64,000 bases of DNA from an uncultured Acidobacteriota bacterium. GTDB lineage: Bacteria > Acidobacteriota > UBA6911. The notes beneath the pieces were generated by a model. It was not told the origin of the DNA and searched no databases. It saw only the letters and a list, made by a program, of their open reading frames with translations. Location of the stretch: positions 1 through 64,000 of the forward strand of contig CAWJKZ010000010.1 in NCBI GenBank assembly GCA_963843575.1, given 5' to 3'. This document shows, piece after piece, positions 57,871-64,000 of the stretch. The stretch's first letter is position 1; every line of letters starts with the position of its first letter. A program made the position numbers and the translations under genes.

Positions 57871-59740
57871 TCACTTGAGCAGCACCTGTTTCCTGACGGT
57901 GCCGCCCTTCAGGCTGGCGTAGGTAATCTCCAGTTCACCCGAACCGCGCACGATATACTCGATGACGCGCGTAGTCCGGCCCGGGTGGCCGTTCCTGACG
58001 AGGATGCGTCTTAGATCGCTCTGATCGATCAACTGAGTCGCGCCCGGGCGGAATCGGTCTTTCACCCAGCCCACCGAGACTACTTCGGCATTCTTCGCCT
58101 GTAGGGAAAGGATGTCCGGACGTACGGTCTGGTTGCCAGCAGCCTTGGCGAGGATGGTCGGGGTGAGTTTGGAATTGACGAGTTCCACCCGAACCCGGTA
58201 CAGACCGTCGCCGAGCGGTTCGACGACGGCATCGCCCACGCGCATCTGGGGCATCTGGTCGGCCTGGTAGAGCGCAAAGGCCATGTTCCGGTGGCAGAGT
58301 TCCTCGTTCATGAAGCGGGGAGGCAACCTGCCCTGGGTCTTCTTCCAGCCGCCGATCTCGACCTTGCCGAACTGGGGGTGTTCGAACTCTTTCCACTCGA
58401 CATACTCGTCGCCGAACTCGAGGTAGTCGTCGAAGAAATAGCTGCTGACCCGCGGGGCGATGGGGCTGTTCGGATTCTTCTGCTGGTCCTTCAGTTCCGG
58501 GCTCGTGAAATACTGCCCGCCGTTCCAGAGTTCGTTGGAGAAGGAGAGTATGCCGAGTCCGTCGTTGGTCCAGTCGATGAATCCGCCGTGCACGGTGTAC
58601 AAGCCGCTCCAGATGACGATATAACGATAGAACGGCAGGATCCGCTCACCGTTGCGTCCGAGCTCGTCGTAGACCTGCACGTCGGACCTGGGGTACTCGC
58701 CCTGCGACTCGGCGCCGGGCCCGCGCAGGATCATGCCTCCGTTGTTGTGGAAAGACTGCACGCCGGCGATGTTGGGGTGGGCAAGCAGGAAGTCGTTCAC
58801 GGCGCGCGCTTCGGGCAACTGGAAGGGGTAGTCCATCGAACCGCCCTGGACGTAGTTCGGCTGCCAGTCGGAAGCCCAGTTGCGGTTGGGGTCGTATCCA
58901 CCCGGGGGATCCTCGTTCACCCGGCCGTCCCCGTCGTTGTCGATCCCTTCGACCCCAAGCAGCACGTAGTCTCCGGGGACGCCCGGCAGCGCGGGTTCGA
59001 GCAGGCGCGGGTCGAGGGCGCTCTTGCGCAGGTTCCCCTGCCCGGGCACGTATTTGCGTATCTGTTCGATCACGCCGTTGTTGTTGAGGTCGTCGGGAGC
59101 GTCTTCGTCAAACAGGCCGTCGTTGTCGTCGTCGACCGGCATGTGTCCGCCGCGCGCGCCGGCCCCCGTTCCCTCCATGAAGTACTGGCGTCCGTCCGGG
59201 TTCACGCTGGGCGCGATGTAGAACACGCGCTCGTCGACCAGGCGGGTGACATTTTCGTTCCTGCCGTAGTTTTCCATCAGATACCAGACCGTGTAGAGGC
59301 AGACCTCGCCGCCCTGGATTTCGTTGCCGTGGACGTTGGCCTCGATGTACATGGCCGGCTTGCCCGATTCTGGGCCGGTATCCGGGTTGTTGATGGTCAT
59401 CAGCATCATCTCGCGCCCGTCGTAGCTCTTTCCCATGGACGAGTACTTCAGGAACTTCGGGAAGGCCTTTTCCAGGCGCAGCAGGTCGGCTTTCAACTCA
59501 CCGCAGTCGTGCCAGCGGTTGAAGTCCAGTTTGACTTTGAACTGAGGGTCCGACCCCGCCTGTCCCGAGGCGGCGGGCGTGAAGGCGGACGTCAGGCACA
59601 GTGCCGAGCGCCAGGCCGAGGGCCGAGCTTTGTACGGATCTCGAGGCGAGGAACGCGAGTGTCAGGCTGGGCACGACGGTTCGCATCAGATCGCGGACAA
59701 GGTTCATGGTGAGCGTCGGCATCCGGTGTTGCATTCGCAT
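57871..59740 (-). CDS. M14 zinc carboxypeptidase, predicted active; frameshift near 59602, start uncertain
   Basis: NVHGNE, VNPDGR, NRNW, SFHN, SNELW. Confidence 0.88.
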
Positions 59741-59752
59741 GGTCTCTCCGAT

Positions 59753-61696
59753 TTACTGCAGCGTCAGCGATACCGTCTCGGTGCCGCCCTTCTGCGACAT
59801 GACTTTGAGCTGGACCGGAGTCCCGGGCTTTCCCTTCACGATCCACTGGTACTTCTGTCTGTTCCCGGAGCCTGCCAGTGACTGGAAGAAGCTTGTCTTG
59901 GCGTCGCCCGATACGAGGTCGGCCGGATCGACCCCCAACTGCACCATGGTCGGCTTGACGGAGCGCGCCAGGACGCCCTGGGCGGTAGCCGTCGGCAGGA
60001 AACCCGAGTTCTGCACCTCCGCCTCGATCCGAAAGAGGCCTCCGCCCAGCCGGGTCACGGTCGTGCCGGCGACCGAGACCCGGGGGAGCAATGAAGCCAG
60101 GTAGAGGACGAAATCCACATCCTTCCGCCCGAGGTCGGCGATCTGCGCGGCCGGGGGGTTGGTCGCGGCATAAGGCCGGAACCCGCCGATGTCCACGTTT
60201 CCGAGCTTGGGGTGACGGAAGGGAGTCCAGTTCACGAAACCGTCGATTTTTTCGCTGTCCAGCCAGCGCAGCAGACGCAGGTCGAATGCCGCCGTCCCGC
60301 CGGGCGGCGGTGGCTGGGAAGGCGGGCCGGAGGAACCGTCTGGAGTCTCCTCGGCAGGCCGGCCCGGGCCACGATCGGAGCCTTGCGGCGCTCCGGCCGG
60401 CGCAGGCAATCCCCAGCCCGGCGTGGAAAACGCCGGGACGCCGAGCTGGTAGTACGCATACTCGAAGAAGGCCCCGGCGGGCGCACGGGTTGCGGATGTG
60501 CTGCGTATCCCGGTCAGCGCCCGGTACTTCTCGCTTATGGTGCGGAAGTATTCCAGGTCCGCGGCGTTGACCGTCTGTGCGGGCTGCCGGACCCGCATAC
60601 GCCCCCGTTGCGATTGAGCCGGATCCGCCTCAGGGCGATCGTCGTCGTCGAACATGAACGGGAACGGTGTGGCGGGGCCGAGCTGGAACATTCCGACCTT
60701 TCGGGCGTCCGCCACTGCCTGTTGCCCGAAGGCGAACAGGTCGACGACGGAAGGGGGTGCGAGTTCGCCCCGGCGGTTTGGGGCGGTCACGAGGTTGTCG
60801 CTCTCCCCGAATGCCAAGACCGCAGCGATGTTTCTCCTCTTGAGCACGTACTCCATCAGGGCGCGGGCCTCCGGTTCGCTCACCATGTGGCGCCCCGCGT
60901 CGGGTGCGTAGTCGGGATAACGGTGCTGGAAGTTGCGGTTGAGGTCCGTCCCCCCGGCGGGGTCCTCGTTGATGAAGCCGTCGCCGTCGTTGTCGATCCC
61001 CTCCGTGTAGAGGGAGTACGCACCGGCCTCCCCCTTCTGCGGGTCTGCCCGGCGCATGAGGCGGGGTTCGTCGGGGTGCGGTATGTAGGCGCCGTGCGGG
61101 TCCTTCACGCGCATCATCGTGATCACCCCGTCGCCGTTCAAGTCCTCTGGCCCGTCCTCGTCCACACGACCGTCGTTGTCGTCGTCGAAAGGCGTCAGAT
61201 TCGTCTTGCGGCCGCTCTTCGGCGCGGCGAACATGCCTTCGGCCGCGTCGGCGTTGACGCGCGGGATTATGTAGAACGCCTGCGTGTCGACGAACCGTTT
61301 CACTGCGGGATCGGAGTCGTACGCCGACAGCAGATGGTCGGCGGCGTAGAGCGCCAGTTCGCTGCCCAGGAGTTGGTCGCCTTCGAAGTTGCCGGCGACC
61401 AGGAGCGCGGGGCGTGTGTCGGAGGGTGCGCCGTTCCGGCCGGCGATTTCAATTGCCCAGAGCGAGCGGCCTTCCCGGGTTTTCCCCACCTCGACGAGCG
61501 TCGCGATGCCGGCGTGCGCCTTGACGAGCGCGCGCAGTTGCGCGGTCATCTCGTCGTATGCGTGATACCGGGTGAAGTCTGCGGCTGGACCACGTCCAGC
61601 CGCCAGGCAGGAAAACAACAGCGGGAGCGCCAGGACCGAACGGGCGAGTCGTCTGCTCACGGGGGAACCAGGCACACTTCCTCCTTGGTCATCCAT
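59753..61696 (-). CDS. M14-family homolog lacking Zn ligands (predicted inactive)
   Basis: Same architecture as its neighbour but GNFEGDQ, VNADA, LAFGE, FSTPGW. Confidence 0.85.
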   Translation of the reverse strand: MDDQGGSVPGSPVSRRLARSVLALPLLFSCLAAGRGPAADFTRYHAYDEMTAQLRALVKAHAGIATLVEVGKTREGRSLWAIEIAGRNGAPSDTRPALLVAGNFEGDQLLGSELALYAADHLLSAYDSDPAVKRFVDTQAFYIIPRVNADAAEGMFAAPKSGRKTNLTPFDDDNDGRVDEDGPEDLNGDGVITMMRVKDPHGAYIPHPDEPRLMRRADPQKGEAGAYSLYTEGIDNDGDGFINEDPAGGTDLNRNFQHRYPDYAPDAGRHMVSEPEARALMEYVLKRRNIAAVLAFGESDNLVTAPNRRGELAPPSVVDLFAFGQQAVADARKVGMFQLGPATPFPFMFDDDDRPEADPAQSQRGRMRVRQPAQTVNAADLEYFRTISEKYRALTGIRSTSATRAPAGAFFEYAYYQLGVPAFSTPGWGLPAPAGAPQGSDRGPGRPAEETPDGSSGPPSQPPPPGGTAAFDLRLLRWLDSEKIDGFVNWTPFRHPKLGNVDIGGFRPYAATNPPAAQIADLGRKDVDFVLYLASLLPRVSVAGTTVTRLGGGLFRIEAEVQNSGFLPTATAQGVLARSVKPTMVQLGVDPADLVSGDAKTSFFQSLAGSGNRQKYQWIVKGKPGTPVQLKVMSQKGGTETVSLTLQ

Positions 61697-61874
61697 ACTG
61701 CACTCGTGGCGCGCACGGCGCGCGGCGATTCAAAGCAGGATTGGAGCCGAAGCATAAGGGTTTGCGCCCCGCGCGCGCAACACAAAATCAGGATAGAACA
61801 GGGCGTCGCGGCGTGACTGCGTAGTGGTAAGATTTGCCGCGAGTCGGGCACGAATTCTCTCGAAGGGGGGCACA

Positions 61875-63575
61875 ATGGGACCGCAGCTTTCACTGGGCAA
61901 ATTCCGGGACAGGTTCGACGAAGAGCTTCGCCGGGCCGCGGCTCAGTCCTATGTAGACCGGATCTGGGCGAGGGACACCCGCCTGTGGAAAACCGAGCCG
62001 GAGCATGCCAGGATCATCAGTCGGTCGTTGGGCTGGCTCGATGTCGTGCAGGACATGAAAAGCCGGGCGGACGACATCGCGAGCCTCGCCGACGAGGTGC
62101 GCCGCAGGGGTTACACCACCGCCTGCCTGCTCGGCATGGGCGGGAGCAGCCTGTGCCCGGAAGTCTGCGCGCTGACCTTCGGCACCAGGCCAGGTTACCT
62201 GTCGCTGGTGGTTCTCGACACGACCGACCCCGCCACCATCCTCGATGCCGGGAAGCGCATGGATTTGGCGCACACGCTGTTCCTGGTTTCGAGCAAATCC
62301 GGCGGCACCATCGAGAGCTCGTCGCTACAGAAATATTTCTACCAGAAGGTGCGCGATTTGAAGGGCGCCTCCGCCGGCCAGAATTTTGCAGCCATAACCG
62401 ATCCAGGGACTTCGCTCGAGAAGCTGGCCCGCGAACTCGGGTTCCTACGCGTGTTCCTCAATCCCTCAGACATCGGCGGCCGCTACTCGGCGCTGTCGTT
62501 TTTCGGGCTGGTACCGATGGGGCTGCTCGGGCTCGACCTCGCGGAGGTGCTGAGGCGGGCCGAGTCTATGGCCGCACAGTGCAGGAACACCGACCCGGAA
62601 GAAAACCCAGGGCTGCGCCTGGGCGTGGCCCTGGGGACACTGGCCCGCGAGGGGCGCGACAAGGCCACGTTCGTGTTCGACCCGGGAATCGCGGCGTTCG
62701 GCTCCTGGGTGGAGCAACTGGTGGCCGAAAGCACCGGGAAGGACGGGGTCGGAATCGTGCCGGTGGAAGGCGAAACTCTGGGGGAGCCGGCGCTCTACGG
62801 GCAGGACCGGGTATTCGTCCACACCGGACTGAAAGGCAGGAACGACCCCGCGGTTCACGCCAGACTACGGGCCTTGGAGGACGCCGGCCATCCGGTCCTG
62901 CACTGGGAACTGTCCGACACCATGGACCTCGCGGGTGAGTTCCTCCTGTGGGAGTTCGCCACCGCCGTCGCCGGCGCCGTGATGGGAATCGACCCGTTTG
63001 ACCAGCCCAACGTGCAGGAGAGCAAGGACAACACCGCGCGGTTGATACAGCGATACGAGCAGACAGGGATAATCGATGACGGTCGCCCCGTCCTGACGGA
63101 ATCCACGCTGTCGCTTTACGCCCCCCCGCAGATCACCGCGGGCAAGTCGCTGCGTGGCGCGCTCGACGCGTTTCTCGGGAGTGCAGGGCCGTGCGACTAC
63201 GTCGCGCTGATGGCCTACATCGGCAGGTCGATCGACGCGACCGCATCGTTGCAGGCGATGCGCGACGCCATCCGGGAAAAAACTCGCCGCGCCACGACCC
63301 TCGGGTTCGGCCCGCGCTTCCTCCACTCCACCGGCCAGTTGCACAAGGGGGGCGCCAACAAGGGGGTTTTCCTCCAGATCACCGCGGCGGATCCCGAAGA
63401 CGTCGCGATACCGGGGGAGAAGTACTCCTTCGGAGTTCTGAAAAGAGCGCAGTCCTCGGGAGACCTCCAGGCGCTGGCGGAACATGGTCGCCGTGCGGTC
63501 CGGATCCACATCGACGGAGATCTGCACGAGGGGCTCGAACTCCTCGGCCGGGCTTTGGGACAGGGCCGGCGTTAG
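61875..63575 (+). CDS. pgi: Glucose-6-phosphate isomerase (resembling the Pgi half of Tal-Pgi fusions)
   Basis: GMGGSSL, SSKSGGT, DIGGRYS, EQLVAESTGK, PFDQPNVQESK, HSTGQLHKGG. Confidence 0.9.
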   Translation: MGPQLSLGKFRDRFDEELRRAAAQSYVDRIWARDTRLWKTEPEHARIISRSLGWLDVVQDMKSRADDIASLADEVRRRGYTTACLLGMGGSSLCPEVCALTFGTRPGYLSLVVLDTTDPATILDAGKRMDLAHTLFLVSSKSGGTIESSSLQKYFYQKVRDLKGASAGQNFAAITDPGTSLEKLARELGFLRVFLNPSDIGGRYSALSFFGLVPMGLLGLDLAEVLRRAESMAAQCRNTDPEENPGLRLGVALGTLAREGRDKATFVFDPGIAAFGSWVEQLVAESTGKDGVGIVPVEGETLGEPALYGQDRVFVHTGLKGRNDPAVHARLRALEDAGHPVLHWELSDTMDLAGEFLLWEFATAVAGAVMGIDPFDQPNVQESKDNTARLIQRYEQTGIIDDGRPVLTESTLSLYAPPQITAGKSLRGALDAFLGSAGPCDYVALMAYIGRSIDATASLQAMRDAIREKTRRATTLGFGPRFLHSTGQLHKGGANKGVFLQITAADPEDVAIPGEKYSFGVLKRAQSSGDLQALAEHGRRAVRIHIDGDLHEGLELLGRALGQGRR

Positions 63576-63590
63576 GCAGGCGGGGGCAGG

Positions 63591-64000
63591 ATGTTGCCGC
63601 GTTCCCCTATCAGAAAATGGTTGTCGATCGCGGCGCTCGCCGCCATAGCGCTGGTGCTTTACCGCGAGGCGTCGGACGTGGTGTTCGCGGCTCGCCTGGT
63701 GCTCGGGATTCAGCGCGTGGCGACCGGCGACACGGGGAGGGCCGGGCGGGTGGCCGAAAGCCGGGTACGCAGGAGCGACGGCGTGCGCTCCCTGGAGGCG
63801 ATCGTCTACCTCCCCGAGTACCAAAAGCCGCGCTGCGCGGTAGTCCTCGTCCCGGGAATCAGCGAACTCGGCTGCTACCATCCCCGACTGCAGGCGTTGT
63901 CACGAACGCTCGCCGGGCTGGGGTTCCTGGTCCTGACGCCCGACATCGTCAGGTTCCGCGATTTCGACATCTCGCCGTCCGCTATGGACGAAATCTCCTT
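63591..64000 (+). CDS. Putative alpha/beta hydrolase-like protein (partial, runs off the window)
   Basis: N-terminal TM; AIVYLP..AVVLVPG..LAGLGFLVLTPD; frame open to the edge. Confidence 0.65.
   Translation, partial: MLPRSPIRKWLSIAALAAIALVLYREASDVVFAARLVLGIQRVATGDTGRAGRVAESRVRRSDGVRSLEAIVYLPEYQKPRCAVVLVPGISELGCYHPRLQALSRTLAGLGFLVLTPDIVRFRDFDISPSAMDEIS

Overview
GC-rich bacterial chromosome segment. An Acidobacteriota-like origin is inferred from gene content (ACIII-caa3 operon, permease-less adaptor/ABC pair) but is not proven. Left end (1-3770): a probable integrated island at the 3' end of tRNA-Lys(CTT), carrying a Ser/Thr kinase-FGE/CLec gene and an IS21-like end. Then: a REC-RsbW regulator with a hybrid kinase lacking its phospho-His, kbl, a full alternative complex III plus caa3 (A2-type) oxidase operon, pyk, csp, pgk-tpiA-secG-tRNA-Leu, an orphan groEL, archease-rtcB, lptD-folK-dNK-panC-like, dacB, moaDE, ffs-dnaX-recR, RND efflux, SpoIIE-MscS/cNMP, NFACT, an M14 peptidase pair and pgi. 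Many genes carry single-base frameshifts that look like long-read indel errors. Top finding: rtcB is not frameshifted; it has an in-frame TGA exactly at the metal-binding Cys (GYDIN*GVRL), followed by a bacterial SECIS-like hairpin, making it a candidate selenocysteine RNA ligase. Also notable: three apparent pseudoenzymes (histidine kinase, PanC, M14), a possible DGR-type variable region, and REP/MITE repeat families. All product calls come from motif recognition by eye, not database searches.
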